Shown here in pieces: positions 19,042 to 30,574 of a stretch of DNA of 64,000 bases. Within the stretch, counting starts at the first letter, position 1; the number at the start of each line of letters is the position of its first letter. The notes below the pieces were generated by a model. That model had not been told where the DNA came from. It made no database searches and saw only the letters and a list, made by a program, of their open reading frames with translations. The DNA lies in the NCBI GenBank assembly GCA_965262915.1, contig OZ253564.1:1248001-1312000 (forward strand), read 5' to 3'. Origin of the DNA: Candidatus Spongiisociaceae bacterium (GTDB lineage: Bacteria > Actinomycetota > Acidimicrobiia > Spongiisociales > Spongiisociaceae). The position numbers and the translations under genes are program-made.

Positions 19042-22000
19042 GTGGAACTCCAGTTCAAGATCCAGCAGTACCAGACCGACGCCGTCGAAGCGGTGGTCGA
19101 GTGTTTCGCCGGGCAGCCCAAGCATGATGGCATTTCGTACCGTGTCGATCCTGGCCACCAACCGAACGCAGATCAGCAGAAATTCGACGTGTCAGCGACT
19201 CACGATTCGGGTTTGCGTAACGCCGAGATTGCGCTGAGCACGGTGCAGCTGCTGGAGAACATCCACTCTGTGCAACACAGCCACAACCTCCCCCGATCCT
19301 GCAAGCTGGCCAACAGCAAGGCGGCACCGGACGCACCGAACTTAGACATCGAGATGGAGACAGGCACGGGCAAGACCTACGTCTACATCAAGACGATCAT
19401 GGAACTGCACCAGCGTTACGGGTGGAGCAAGTTTATCGTGGTCGTACCAAGCGTGGCGATCCGCGAGGGTGTGAAGAAGTCGTTCGATATCACCGCCGAC
19501 CACTTCCAGCAGTACTACAGCACCAAACCACGGTCGTTTATCTACAACTCGTCGCGACTTCACGAACTGGAGCGGTTCAGTTCGCACGGCGGGGTGCAGG
19601 TGATGATCATCAACATCCAGGCGTTCAACGCGACCGGCAAGGCCAACCGTCGAATCTACGAAGAACTCGACGACTTCCAGTCACGGCGCCCGATCGATGT
19701 AATCAGAGCCAATCGTCCGGTCCTGATCATCGATGAGCCTCAGAAGATCGGCGCAGCCAAGTCACTCAAGGCACTCTCGCGCTTCGAAGCACTCATAGTT
19801 CTGCGCTATTCGGCGACCCACAAGGTTGACCATGACAAGGTTCACCGGCTCGACGCTCTCGATGCGTACAACCAAAAGCTCGTGAAGAAGATAGCGGTGC
19901 GCGGCATCACCGTCAAAGGCCTAGCTGGAACCACCGCTTACCTGTACCTGAACGCCATCGAGATCTCCAAGCGACACAAACCACGGGCGCGTCTCGAGTT
20001 GGAGGTGCAGACGAAGGCGGGACCGATCAAGCGGCAGGTCAAGCGACTCGACGTCGGGGCGAACCTGCACGACGTCTCGGGCGGCATCGAGGCGTACAGG
20101 GGATTGTTCATCACCGAGATCGACGCCAACCGTGACGTGATTGAGCTGAGCAACGGTGACGTCGTGACCGTCGGGCAACTTACGGATCGCGACGTCACCG
20201 AGGAAACCAAGCGTCGCATCCAGATCCGGGAGGTGATACGCGCCCACCTTGACAAGGAGCGCGAACTGTTCGCGCAGGGCATCAAGGTGCTGTCTCTGTT
20301 CTTCATTGATGAGGTGGCCAAGTACCGCGACTACGACCGGGAAGACACGCTTGGCGATTACGCCCGCACTTTCGAGGAAGAGTACGCCGCCGCTGTAGAC
20401 GAGGTATTGGACGAGCCCACGCTCGACGAGACGACGAGGGTGTATCGGGAGTACCTGCGGCGCGACAAGGTGCGGACCGTGCACCAGGGTTACTTCTCGA
20501 TCGACAGGAGATCGAAGCGGCTGGTCAACCCGACGGTCGTCAAGAGGGGTGAGGAAAAGGGCCACTCAAAGGACGTCGACGCCTACGACCTGATTCTGAA
20601 GGACAAGGAGCGCCTGCTGTCGCTCGCCGAACCAGTGCGGTTCATCTTCTCCCACTCGGCGCTTCGCGAAGGATGGGACAACCCCAACGTGTTCGCTATA
20701 GGGATGCTCAAGAAGAGCGACAACATCGTGTCGCGCCGCCAGGAGGTGGGCCGCGGCCTACGGCTCGCCGTCAACCAGCACGGCGAGCGAATGGACAGCC
20801 CCATCACCGTCCACGACATCAACGAACTGACCGTGGTGACTGACGAGTCCTACACCGACTTCGTCGCGGGACTGCAGAAGGAAATCGACGAGTCGCTCTC
20901 CGCACGCCCCCGAAAGGCCACGCCGGAGTTCTTCGCCGACAAGGTGCTCCGAGTGCCAGACGGATCGGGTGAGCAGGTTGTCATCACGCTTGACCAGGCC
21001 AGGCATCTCCAGCACTGGCTCACAATGAACGGGTTCATCGACTACGAGCAGCATCTCACCGACAGGTGGCTAGACCGTGCGAACATCGACATGCCGGAGC
21101 TGCCTGACGGACTGGATCAGTTCTACTCCCAAGTCGCAGAACTGATAGATTCGCTCTACGTCGGCTTTCCACAGCCCACCGACGGACGCAGACCGAAGCG
21201 CATCCCACTCAACGAAGCAAATTTCGCGAAGAGGGAGTTTCAGGAGCTTTGGGGTCGTATCAACCACAAGGCCGTATACCAGGTCGAGTTCGATTCCACG
21301 GAGCTAATCGACAAGTGCATCAGTGCTGTCGACGCCCAATTGCACGTAACCGCGACGCAGTACGTCGTGAAGTCCGGAGAGCAGCGGGATGTGCTGGAGG
21401 CTTACGACCTAGCCGAGGGAGCGGGCTTCGACATCACCAGAACGGTCACACACATCGAACCCGCCACGGCCGCCTCGCAGGTCAAATACGACCTTCTCGG
21501 CAGGATCGCCGAGAAGACGCAACTCACCCGCCGCACAGTCAGCGCGGTCCTTCGTGGTATCCGGCGGGACACGTTCGCGAAATATCGGCAGAACCCCGAG
21601 CAGTTCATCACCGAAGCGGCACGCCTCATCAACGAACAAAAGGCCACCGTCATCGTGGAGCACTTGACCTACGACACCCTTACCGAGCGGCACACTACGG
21701 CGATATTCACCGAGAACCAGACCAGACAGGACTTCGCCAAGGCCGGGCCCAAGCTCACAAAACACATCTACGACTACGTGGTCACCGACTCGAAGGTCGA
21801 GCGCGACTTCGTAACCGAGATGGACACTAGCAACGAGGTCGTCGTGTACGCGAAGCTCCCGCGTGGATTCTTCATCCCAACCCCGGTCGGCGACTACCAC
21901 CCTGACTGGGCCATCACCTTCCAGAAGGGTACGGTCAAGCACGTCTACTTCGTCGCCGAAACCAAAGGTTCTCTCTCCTCGATGCAACTCAGGGGAGCCG

Positions 22001-22125
22001 AGTTGGCAAAGATCGAATGTGCCCGCAAGTTCTTCAAATCGCTGAACACGAAGAACAACTATGCCGTGAAGTACGACATCGTGACCAACTACTCAAGGCT
22101 CATGAGCCTTGTTGGACAGCCCTAA
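19042..22125 (+). CDS. res: Type III restriction endonuclease subunit
   Basis: EMETGTGKT, IIDEPQ, LREGWDNPN, QEVGRGLR and C-terminal YHPDW...AETK; 4 nt after mod. Confidence 0.95.
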   Translation: MELQFKIQQYQTDAVEAVVECFAGQPKHDGISYRVDPGHQPNADQQKFDVSATHDSGLRNAEIALSTVQLLENIHSVQHSHNLPRSCKLANSKAAPDAPNLDIEMETGTGKTYVYIKTIMELHQRYGWSKFIVVVPSVAIREGVKKSFDITADHFQQYYSTKPRSFIYNSSRLHELERFSSHGGVQVMIINIQAFNATGKANRRIYEELDDFQSRRPIDVIRANRPVLIIDEPQKIGAAKSLKALSRFEALIVLRYSATHKVDHDKVHRLDALDAYNQKLVKKIAVRGITVKGLAGTTAYLYLNAIEISKRHKPRARLELEVQTKAGPIKRQVKRLDVGANLHDVSGGIEAYRGLFITEIDANRDVIELSNGDVVTVGQLTDRDVTEETKRRIQIREVIRAHLDKERELFAQGIKVLSLFFIDEVAKYRDYDREDTLGDYARTFEEEYAAAVDEVLDEPTLDETTRVYREYLRRDKVRTVHQGYFSIDRRSKRLVNPTVVKRGEEKGHSKDVDAYDLILKDKERLLSLAEPVRFIFSHSALREGWDNPNVFAIGMLKKSDNIVSRRQEVGRGLRLAVNQHGERMDSPITVHDINELTVVTDESYTDFVAGLQKEIDESLSARPRKATPEFFADKVLRVPDGSGEQVVITLDQARHLQHWLTMNGFIDYEQHLTDRWLDRANIDMPELPDGLDQFYSQVAELIDSLYVGFPQPTDGRRPKRIPLNEANFAKREFQELWGRINHKAVYQVEFDSTELIDKCISAVDAQLHVTATQYVVKSGEQRDVLEAYDLAEGAGFDITRTVTHIEPATAASQVKYDLLGRIAEKTQLTRRTVSAVLRGIRRDTFAKYRQNPEQFITEAARLINEQKATVIVEHLTYDTLTERHTTAIFTENQTRQDFAKAGPKLTKHIYDYVVTDSKVERDFVTEMDTSNEVVVYAKLPRGFFIPTPVGDYHPDWAITFQKGTVKHVYFVAETKGSLSSMQLRGAELAKIECARKFFKSLNTKNNYAVKYDIVTNYSRLMSLVGQP

Positions 22126-22156
22126 TCTGCTTGAGGCTGCGCGATTCCGTGGGGTT

Positions 22157-22548
22157 GGGGTTACCGTAGAAAATGGACAAAGGACAACGGTTTCGTTGGG
22201 CGACTGATGCGGCAGGTGGTGGTTTGGGGGTGGGGTTGTGATTGCTGTCTGGCGTTGGTGGGGTGACTAGAAGGAAGGTGGGGGAGTGTTAGGGGTTCTG
22301 AGGGGTCGGAGTTGTCCTTGGTGTTGGGGTGGTGAAGTCGTTTTGCCGTAGAAGTTGATGTGTTGGTGGATGGCGGGTGATAGGCGGGCGAGTCGGCGGC
22401 AGGGAACGACGTGCAGAAGTTCAGCGCCTAGGCGATGTTCATGACCCGACACAGGGAGCTCCGGTCGCTGAGACCACACCTATGGCCGAGTCCATGCACA
22501 GATACGCACCCAAACCGTTGTGTTTTGTCCATTTGCTACGGTCACCCC
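22157..22548 (-). mobile_element. Internally deleted Tn3-family mini-element (392 bp)
   Basis: Imperfect 38-bp inverted repeats starting GGGG (22157-22194 and 22511-22548); contains TnpA C-terminus LARLSPAIHQHINFYG...LRPLR. Confidence 0.8.
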
Positions 22549-22594
22549 ATCTACCTCTCCCAGCCAGGACTCGCCAAACGTGCTCGGCGCCCGG

Positions 22595-23053
22595 GCCCCG
22601 TTATGCCCCACTCCGATCCCATAACCCAACGTCAACTCGGCATCCACCCGAAGCGCCCCATACGTCCCGCGTGACCGTTGGTGGACTTGGTGGATGAGAT
22701 CGCCTAGCCAGGCATGGCGGATCGCCCGGGCCGAAGGTGAGGCCTGGTCCTCCAGGCGTAGAACCCCGACTCTGACACCCCAAGCACCCGGCAAGCCACC
22801 CTGGTGGGTAGCCTCTCGCTGTTTATCGTCTGGATCGCTTCGAACCGTCTTTTGGGGACACCACCTGGGCTTTCAGCAACTTGTTGGCTCGCTTGGTCAC
22901 GGCCAGCTCCGTCTCCAGCTCAGCGATCCGACGACGCGCTGGCCGCAGTTCTGCCCCCTCCGCAGAAGTGAGGCGACGGTCAACAGCGTCTTGGCGTCGC
23001 CAGTTGTAGATCATCTGATCCGACACACCAAGATCAGCCGACAGAGACGCCAC
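22595..23053 (-). pseudogene. IS3-family transposase remnant (orfA and start of orfB)
   Basis: ADLGVSDQMIYNWRRQ...RRRIAELETEL and IHQVHQRSRGTYGALRVDAEL. Confidence 0.8.
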
Positions 23054-23179
23054 CGAAGTAGTGTCCGTTCTTGTGGTGTACTGGGGGGTGAGGCTCCTTT
23101 GATTTAGGTGACCACCGCGTCAGCCTCACAGAGGTATTCAGCTCGAACCGTGAGGAGGAACGCGGTGGTCAACACAAGG

Positions 23180-23480
23180 ATGGACGAGTTGGTGTGGTTA
23201 CCCACACCAACTCGAGGCAGAGGGCAATGATTTGCTGCGGGAGATGATCCGTAGCTTCGCGCAGGGGTTGATGTGATCTGTGGAACTCCGTAGGGTGAGC
23301 GGAGCCCGGATCGGGTGAATCGTCGTAACGGGTATCGGACCCGCCGCTGGGACACCCGGGTGGGTTCGATCGAGTTGTGGATTCCCCAAGCCGCGGCAGG
23401 GTTCGTACTTCCCGGAATGGCTGTTGGATACCCGTACCCGTTCGGAGCGGGCGTTCGTGCAGGTCGTGACCGAAGCCGAT
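23180..23480 (+). pseudogene. IS256-family transposase N-terminal remnant
   Basis: NRRNGYRTRRWDTRVGSIELWIP, then frameshifted SYFPEWLLDTRTRSERAFVQVVTEA. Confidence 0.8.
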
Positions 23481-23628
23481 GTGAGGATGAAGATGAACGG
23501 ACCAAGCCTTTGGCCTAGACCTTCGAATGGCATGGCACCGGGAAATCATACTCTCGAATCGTTCCCAGATGCTCGACGCCGTTCCACGCCCCGATCACAA
23601 CGTCGTGGCCTTGTGAGCGGCCACAGCA

Positions 23629-23844
23629 TCACGACGGGGCACGGCATGAGCGCCCGGTGCGACGCGCCCACACCTCAATATCGCGCCTCAACCACAACCG
23701 GCACTGTCCCCGCTCGATGGCTGGAGGTGGGAAGTTGCCATACCGCGAGCGGTAGACGCTGACCACACTCCTAGAGGCGAGACCAAGGAGAACGGCCACG
23801 TCACCCGCGTCCACAAGATCATTGGGGTCTATCAGCTCGGGCAC
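23629..23844 (-). CDS. AlpA/excisionase-like winged-helix protein
   Basis: LVDAGDVAVLLGL...FPPP...RLWLRRDIEVW; probable GTG start at 23844. Confidence 0.7.
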   Translation of the reverse strand: MPELIDPNDLVDAGDVAVLLGLASRSVVSVYRSRYGNFPPPAIERGQCRLWLRRDIEVWARRTGRSCRAPS

Positions 23845-24066
23845 GTGCGCCGACTGTAGTTGACGCGAGCCTCCGACCCCGGCAGAGTTGGAGAGCTCCA
23901 ACATTTCGGCTAACTTGGGGAAGTCAGGGTTGAGTTGGGCGAGCATGAACGGTCTGCTAGGTACTGCGATCAGCCCTTGGCGAGCAGGACTGTACGCTGA
24001 GGTCCCGGCTCATCGTTCGAATGAGGATTGAGGGCCGGTTGCGAGGGTGGGGTAAATGTGGCGTCT

Positions 24067-25593
24067 ATGAGTAAGAATTGGTCCCGGGAGGTGGGAGATC
24101 TCGTCCTGCCCGAGAATTTCGTTCTAGCTACGCGTGATACGGGATACCGTTCCCCTGCCTATGCCCTTGCCGAACTCGTAGACAACGCGATTCAGGCTGG
24201 CGCGAGTCAGGTCATAATTTGTATCAATTCTCTCGAGAGCACCGAGCATCCGATCGAAATCGAGGTGGTCGACAATGGGCACGGTATTAGGGAGGACGAA
24301 CTCCAGTCGGCGCTCGCGTTCGGAGGGACATCTAGGTTCGACGACCGTTCTTCGCTCGGCCGATACGGTATGGGACTCCCAAATGGGGCCCTGGCTCTGG
24401 CGCGACGGGTGGCAGTGTGTTCTTGGGATGGCGAGGCCGCGTACAGCACCCAACTCGATGTGGATGCGATCGCTGAGCGTCGTTGGTCCGGGATCCCAAA
24501 GCCTGTACGGAGTAACCCCCCGACCTCGGCGGTGGGCTTCCCGAGTGGCACAGCTGTCCGCTTGACATCTTGTGATCGGCTTTCGTATCGGCGAGTTGGA
24601 AATTTCGTATCTCGTATCCGGGTGGACTTCGCGCGTATCTACCGCCGCTTCCTGGTACAGGACCTAACTCTCACGGTTAACGGGATACCCGTAAGGGCAT
24701 TCGATCCCCTTTTCCTCAATACAGGTGATGGAGTAGGTAGTGGACGCCAGTTCGGCAGCATCTTGAAATATGACCTGATCGGTGATAACGGCCAAGCAGG
24801 GCGTGTTACCGTTCTGTTCTCGGAACTTCCGGTGGAGAGGTGGTCTCCGCTGACAGCAAAGGAGAAGCGATTGATCGGGATCAATGCCAGTCCGTCCGTG
24901 TCGGTCATGAGAGCAGGGCGTGAGATTGATCGAGGCTGGTTCTTCATGGGAGGAAAGCGACGTGAGAACTACGACGACTGGTGGCGTTGCGAAGTCTCGT
25001 TCGATCCCGAGTTGGACGAACTCTTCGGTATCACGCACGCGAAGCAGCAGATCTCCCCGAGGAGCGACCTTCAGGCCGTGTTGACACCCGATCTCGAAGC
25101 TGTGGGAAGGGCGCTCAACTCTAGGGTGCGCAAGCGATTTGACAATATGAAGTATGCTGCCCCACTCAACGAGGCAGAGAAGAAGGCTCTTCGAGCCCAC
25201 CATAGGCTTCCTCCACTGCCGATATCCGATGGGCGTAGGTGGGCTAGATCGACAGATATAGCAGCTCACTACTTCGTAGGAACGACGCTGTCCGTGGCCC
25301 CATATCGGATTACCGTAGGCTCCCTTGAGTCGACCTCTGCCTATGAACTCTTCAGCTGTGACGGACAGCTAAACCTCATATTGAACGATCATCATCCCTT
25401 CTTTCGAGACCTCTACGAGCCGCTTGTCGGGCTCGGAACCGAACGAGGACCTAAACTAGCTTCTTACCTAGCCTTGACCATACTTGCTGCGGCGCGCGTT
25501 GAGGCCGAGATTATCGATCCGGCGGATCAGGCTCAGTTCAGTAGGTTGCGCCAGCGATGGAGTGATATATTGGCCAGTTTTTTCAACGCATGA
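24067..25593 (+). CDS. MORC-family GHKL ATPase
   Basis: DTGY...ALAELVDNA, DNGHG, GRYGMGL, GT motifs plus an S5-like region RAGREI...ELDELFGITHAKQ. Confidence 0.88.
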   Translation: MSKNWSREVGDLVLPENFVLATRDTGYRSPAYALAELVDNAIQAGASQVIICINSLESTEHPIEIEVVDNGHGIREDELQSALAFGGTSRFDDRSSLGRYGMGLPNGALALARRVAVCSWDGEAAYSTQLDVDAIAERRWSGIPKPVRSNPPTSAVGFPSGTAVRLTSCDRLSYRRVGNFVSRIRVDFARIYRRFLVQDLTLTVNGIPVRAFDPLFLNTGDGVGSGRQFGSILKYDLIGDNGQAGRVTVLFSELPVERWSPLTAKEKRLIGINASPSVSVMRAGREIDRGWFFMGGKRRENYDDWWRCEVSFDPELDELFGITHAKQQISPRSDLQAVLTPDLEAVGRALNSRVRKRFDNMKYAAPLNEAEKKALRAHHRLPPLPISDGRRWARSTDIAAHYFVGTTLSVAPYRITVGSLESTSAYELFSCDGQLNLILNDHHPFFRDLYEPLVGLGTERGPKLASYLALTILAAARVEAEIIDPADQAQFSRLRQRWSDILASFFNA

Positions 25594-27563
25594 CCCACGA
25601 ACTGCCGAATGGGGAATGGGTTACTCTGGAAGGACCACGGGGAGCGACAGATTCGTGTCGTCAACGGTTTGTCATTCTGGCACGCAAACTTGAATTGAGT
25701 AGTAGATCTGAGAACCTACTAAGAACGATAACCGCACTCGAAGAGTCCGACGATCTTGTACTGAAGAGTTCTCTTTCCGTACTCGTTGACTTAGTTGCCC
25801 AAGGATGGAGACTCCGTGTGGATCACAGCACCATTCTGGTACATCCTCCGATTATTAACCCGGATGTAATGCAGGAAAAGGAGCGGGTTCGCCAACTTGA
25901 ACTTTGGAAACGAGCAGAACAACTTCGGAAGCCATCGGTACGTTCCTTTATCAAGAAGATGGAGACTCCTAAATATCACGACGGTCGCTTCACGTCAATC
26001 TTCGACCTTCTTCGGGATGGGCAAGAGCTTGTTGTATCACTCAAGGCGGCGGCCTCCGCTAGTTGTCGTGAAACAGCACTTCGCGACTGTATAGATCCGT
26101 ATATCCAAATCGTTGAGGCGTCTAGCCGATGTGCATATACGGGCCTACGCCTACTCGACATATGGCGCTACTTTCGACACACTTGGATAACTCAATACAG
26201 TACAACGCCGGGTCGGACGATGATACTACTTGTCCGTGATGCGGCGGCAGAAAACCATCCTGTGATCGGTATAGCTGCGCTAGCGTCGCCGATCATCCAG
26301 ATCTCGGAGCGAGATACATGGATCGGATGGCAACCGGATTCCTATCTTGATCTTATAGAGCGAGATCCAACGGCAACCCATGCTACGTGGCTGGTATCTA
26401 GGCTTAGAGCTAGCCTCGCAGAACTGTATCTGGACGATCTCATTGCAGACAGACTCTATTGGCCAGCGCTTTGGCTCGAACCGGATCCGGATAAGATCGA
26501 TCGGTTACGAGCAGAATCCAAGAGATGTCGTACGAACCACGCTCGCTTCTCACGTCCTCAAGACCATAAACGAGCCGACTCGGATCCCGACAAATGGCTG
26601 GCTCGTGCCGAGACCGATCTCTTCAGGAGCAAGCGGTGTGCGGTTCTGGCAGATCTCCTATTTGCTCGATCAGCCCTGCTCCCATATATCACCCCGGTAC
26701 CATCCAGAGCTGGCCTACAAGCAGCAATGACCGACCGAAACGCTCGCCGTGCGATTCTGGGTGTCATTCGCCGTGCGAAGGCAGCCTCCGTAGGTTCTGT
26801 GATGGCTGACCTCTCGGTCTGTGGCGCGATCGCACCCTACAACGCCCTACTCGGTGGGAAGCTTGTCAGCATGCTGAGTGTCAGCCCGTCGGTTATCCGC
26901 GCCTACAAGGCCAAGTACCAGTCCTCCCCGAGCGAGATTGCCTCTTCGATGGCTGGTCGCCCCATCTACCGTAGCGTGGACCTCGTCTACATTGGGACGA
27001 CTTCGCTCTTCGGGTCAGGGTCCAGCCAATACAATCGCATACGACTCCCAGAGGGTGTGCTTCGGGGGGCGACTGGCTCTGTAGAATTCAAGAGGCTTGG
27101 TCGGTCAAGGTCGTACGGTACCTCCCATCTGTCGAGTCGCTCCATGAAGTATCTCGTCAACTTGGCCGAACTGCGTGCTGGCGGCACCCGCATCAACTCA
27201 ATCTTCGGTGAGGGCGCCAACCCGAAACTGAGGAAGATGCGTGAAGGTATCGACCAACTGGGGTGGCCGTCGGACAAGTTGCTCCGTCATGGCCGGACCC
27301 GACTCGTGTACGGAGTACCGCTTGTTCACAACCTACTTCCGTACCTTCTTGACGTAGAGCGCAAGCCGGCGTATCTATTCGACGTAGACAACTTGGAGGA
27401 TACCGACGAGATCGCTCGCTATTGGACGACTCGGTGGCTCGCCCGCCGGAGTCGGCGGCCCGAGGTTCTTGATGAAGTAGCTCGGCATCGACTCTCCCAC
27501 CCCATCAGCCACGGAGCGAAAGTCGATCTACCCAGTGCCTCTCCGGAGAGGGGCCAGAGCTAA
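25590..27563 (+). CDS. druA: DUF4338 protein, Druantia DruA-like
   Basis: WRYFRHTW, PGR..LLVRD...HPVIGI, CGAIAPYNALLGGKLV, TTSLFG...SQYNR; ATGA overlap with the MORC gene. Confidence 0.8.
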   Translation: MTHELPNGEWVTLEGPRGATDSCRQRFVILARKLELSSRSENLLRTITALEESDDLVLKSSLSVLVDLVAQGWRLRVDHSTILVHPPIINPDVMQEKERVRQLELWKRAEQLRKPSVRSFIKKMETPKYHDGRFTSIFDLLRDGQELVVSLKAAASASCRETALRDCIDPYIQIVEASSRCAYTGLRLLDIWRYFRHTWITQYSTTPGRTMILLVRDAAAENHPVIGIAALASPIIQISERDTWIGWQPDSYLDLIERDPTATHATWLVSRLRASLAELYLDDLIADRLYWPALWLEPDPDKIDRLRAESKRCRTNHARFSRPQDHKRADSDPDKWLARAETDLFRSKRCAVLADLLFARSALLPYITPVPSRAGLQAAMTDRNARRAILGVIRRAKAASVGSVMADLSVCGAIAPYNALLGGKLVSMLSVSPSVIRAYKAKYQSSPSEIASSMAGRPIYRSVDLVYIGTTSLFGSGSSQYNRIRLPEGVLRGATGSVEFKRLGRSRSYGTSHLSSRSMKYLVNLAELRAGGTRINSIFGEGANPKLRKMREGIDQLGWPSDKLLRHGRTRLVYGVPLVHNLLPYLLDVERKPAYLFDVDNLEDTDEIARYWTTRWLARRSRRPEVLDEVARHRLSHPISHGAKVDLPSASPERGQS

Positions 27564-27700
27564 CTGGCGCCGCGATGGGCATCCACCGGACCATGGATCT
27601 ACGTCTACGGGACGAAGGTCACACGGCTCGACCATAATAGGGGCGTGGAGGTCTCGAACGGCAGCGCAACCTCAATGACCGGGGCACGGGGGTAGCGACC

Positions 27701-30574
27701 ATGAGCGGGTTGCTCGCAGACTGGCACCGTCAGCTCCACGAGAACTTTGGATCGCTACGTGATGAGCGTGAGCGTCGCACGCCGGGACGCCCAGTCTTCG
27801 CCCTTGAGCACGGGCTCGACCGTCACTCGGAACTGCCCGAATTGATCCAAGTTGTGCGCGGCTCCATAGCTTCTGGCAGGATGCTCGCAACATCCCACTG
27901 GCTTCCGATCATTGTGTACGCGGCTGAGATAGGATACGACTATCAAGGCGACGCATACTGGCCTAGATTTGAATCGAAGACTCCATGTTGGGAACAGCTA
28001 GGTAATACAGGTCGCGACTACATCCGGGCGACGTTCAAGGATTTTGCTGAGTCGTACGGGGGCGCGAGACCATCCGGGCGATGGGCTGAGTGGTTCACGA
28101 TAATCGCATGGCCGATAACACATGCTGTACTCCCCGTCTACCTCCAGCGACAACTAGCGTTACTACTACACAACTATCGGAATGTACTGACGGCCGAGCT
28201 GCTGCATGACCACGACGAACTCGGAAAGCGTTTGGCTAGCCATAGCCACAGTTCCTCAGAGCGGTTCAGGAACTTCGCGGAGAACTCATCGCTGCTAGGA
28301 CTCGTAGCAGCCTCGTTACTATCCGACGACGAAGAGGATTCGGGCCTGCTCAGGTCTTCGACCCTACATAGGATCGTCAAAGATCTGCACAGCGAACGCC
28401 AAGCGGGTGAATGGCTCCTAAGCGCGCGACGGGTAGCCGACACAGTTAGACGCCGTGGATTCCTTTCGAACAGAAACGCGCCGAGGCCACTACCCAGGTC
28501 GAGCAGTTCGGAGCAGGTGCAATCGCCTCGTCTCGACCTTGAATTGGAGGTCCGACGGAGGGGGCCGGAATGGACGGTCTACGTCACCGTACCCAGCCAT
28601 CAGTCCCTAGCCCGGCGGTTCCCCGACGTTGGACGTGAACTTCGGCGGCTTCGCTATCGAGTAGATGGTGTAACTACACGAAGGGTACAACCGCGAGGCG
28701 CCCTCATGTACGAACGGGGACCGTTCCCGCTATCGCGTTATCCCATACCGGGTACCTCCGTCATAATCCCGGAAGGGGCTACCTTCATAGTGAAGCAGCT
28801 CTTAATTGATAGCTGTAAGCTCCCTGGAGGCCCTTGGCTTTTCTACCTTCGCGAGTCCGGCCACGGAACAGAGATTCGTACCAGGCGGGTCCGGCCCGGA
28901 CACAACTATGTGGTCCTCAGCGATCCGATGGCTCAGATCGCGTCCCGATGGTGTGTGCCTGTTCCGCTCTCAACAGAAGGCGTACAAGCTCACCACCTGA
29001 ATATCCCTGAACACGTCGACTCTTCGATCATTAGAGAATTGCGAGAGCTGGGTATCGGTGTAGTCTCTGATGCCCACGTATGGCCCGCAGGTCTTGTTCC
29101 TGCACGTTGGGACGGAGCAGGACGAGCCGCTTGGCGGTTGGGTGATAGCCCGATCCTCGGGATCCAATGCACTCGAGCAGCATCCACTTGCCGCGTCACC
29201 GTCGGGGAATCTACGATCGAACTATCTTGGCCTAACGACAGCGATATGCTCTTCCTTCGGCTGGTGGATCTTGATATCGGTATCCATCTGGTGGAAGTGA
29301 TGATTCTTTCTGATCCCTCGGACGAGTTGATAGCTGAAGGACAACTTGAAGTAAGCATAATAGAGCCAGCAGACAGCATGGTGGACTCTGGGGCTCGCCA
29401 AGGGCTTAGGATTATGAGCTATCCGGCCCAACCGACGTTCTCTGAGTTGTGGACTGGCGACGCTGTAGTTGTCGCTGATGGTCCTCTAGGTGAGAGGGTC
29501 AAGTTCCAGGTCTCTCTTATGAATAGCCGGGGGAGTCCGGAGGTGGCGCTCGCTCCTTTCTCGTCCGAGTTACCGGTAGATGACAAACGATGGCGAGCTC
29601 TATGGCGCACTGCCCAGGGAAACTGGACTGCTGACCGGGGCGATAACAAGTTGCACGCGTCTTCCGCCCAGGCTGAAGAACTGGTGATTTCAGCATCCAA
29701 CCCGATACTCGGGTCGTTCCAGATAAGAGCTGAGCGGCCATTCTCTGCCCTCCGTTGGTATGGAGGAATTGACCGTGAGGGCCCGTTTGCACGGTTGGTT
29801 GATCAAACCGATCGTAGAGATATCGTAGTTGACTATTATGACCTACGTTGCCCGGACGAGAGAGGCGAACCGAAACTCGATGAGAAACGTCAGGTACGGA
29901 GCGTTTACGGCGGCTTAGTAGTAGCGAGTATTCCTGGCCTAGAGACGGGGATAGTCCTACCAACCCATATATCGGGCAATTTACTAGACCTGCGGCGATC
30001 TAATACTCGTCCCTCCATAAATATCGATGACAGGTGTTCAGAGTCTGTGTGTCGCCTGATACAAATAGCGAGGTTATGGACCCATACTGGGCTAGCCCTG
30101 GATAACAGAGCAGCAATTGTGCAGTCCAAAGTAAATGACGCACTTGTGGCAGCATTAGGTAGAATGATCTGCGGAGGTCGGTGGTGGCGTATTATAGAAA
30201 ATTCTGTAATGAAGGGTACTCGTCCGACGTATCACGACTTGCTGATCGCAGCTGGAGATACACCCGAGGAATGTGAAGTAGCAGGTCGACTGCAACAGAT
30301 CGCTACAACAGTATCAGCGGACCCAATCGAACGGTCCATACGGTTCTTCAATACACTAGGGCTTAATCCAGAGTTCTCTAATACAGTTACGAATGTAGTT
30401 CGGCTAGCAACGGTACCCGGGGCGCTCATACTCAACGAAAGAGAGGTGGGGCAATCGATAGAGTTAGTTCTGACTGCACCATCGATCTATCGATTGGCGA
30501 GACTATTCGTATTGACAATTGCCAACTACGAGAACGATGAACCGTTTGCGACCTTGAGGAACTGGCCGTGGTAG
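27701..30574 (+). CDS. Large hypothetical protein, putative Druantia accessory subunit
   Basis: 957-aa ORF between druA-like and helicase genes; subunit identity inferred from position only. Confidence 0.7.
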   Translation: MSGLLADWHRQLHENFGSLRDERERRTPGRPVFALEHGLDRHSELPELIQVVRGSIASGRMLATSHWLPIIVYAAEIGYDYQGDAYWPRFESKTPCWEQLGNTGRDYIRATFKDFAESYGGARPSGRWAEWFTIIAWPITHAVLPVYLQRQLALLLHNYRNVLTAELLHDHDELGKRLASHSHSSSERFRNFAENSSLLGLVAASLLSDDEEDSGLLRSSTLHRIVKDLHSERQAGEWLLSARRVADTVRRRGFLSNRNAPRPLPRSSSSEQVQSPRLDLELEVRRRGPEWTVYVTVPSHQSLARRFPDVGRELRRLRYRVDGVTTRRVQPRGALMYERGPFPLSRYPIPGTSVIIPEGATFIVKQLLIDSCKLPGGPWLFYLRESGHGTEIRTRRVRPGHNYVVLSDPMAQIASRWCVPVPLSTEGVQAHHLNIPEHVDSSIIRELRELGIGVVSDAHVWPAGLVPARWDGAGRAAWRLGDSPILGIQCTRAASTCRVTVGESTIELSWPNDSDMLFLRLVDLDIGIHLVEVMILSDPSDELIAEGQLEVSIIEPADSMVDSGARQGLRIMSYPAQPTFSELWTGDAVVVADGPLGERVKFQVSLMNSRGSPEVALAPFSSELPVDDKRWRALWRTAQGNWTADRGDNKLHASSAQAEELVISASNPILGSFQIRAERPFSALRWYGGIDREGPFARLVDQTDRRDIVVDYYDLRCPDERGEPKLDEKRQVRSVYGGLVVASIPGLETGIVLPTHISGNLLDLRRSNTRPSINIDDRCSESVCRLIQIARLWTHTGLALDNRAAIVQSKVNDALVAALGRMICGGRWWRIIENSVMKGTRPTYHDLLIAAGDTPEECEVAGRLQQIATTVSADPIERSIRFFNTLGLNPEFSNTVTNVVRLATVPGALILNEREVGQSIELVLTAPSIYRLARLFVLTIANYENDEPFATLRNWPW

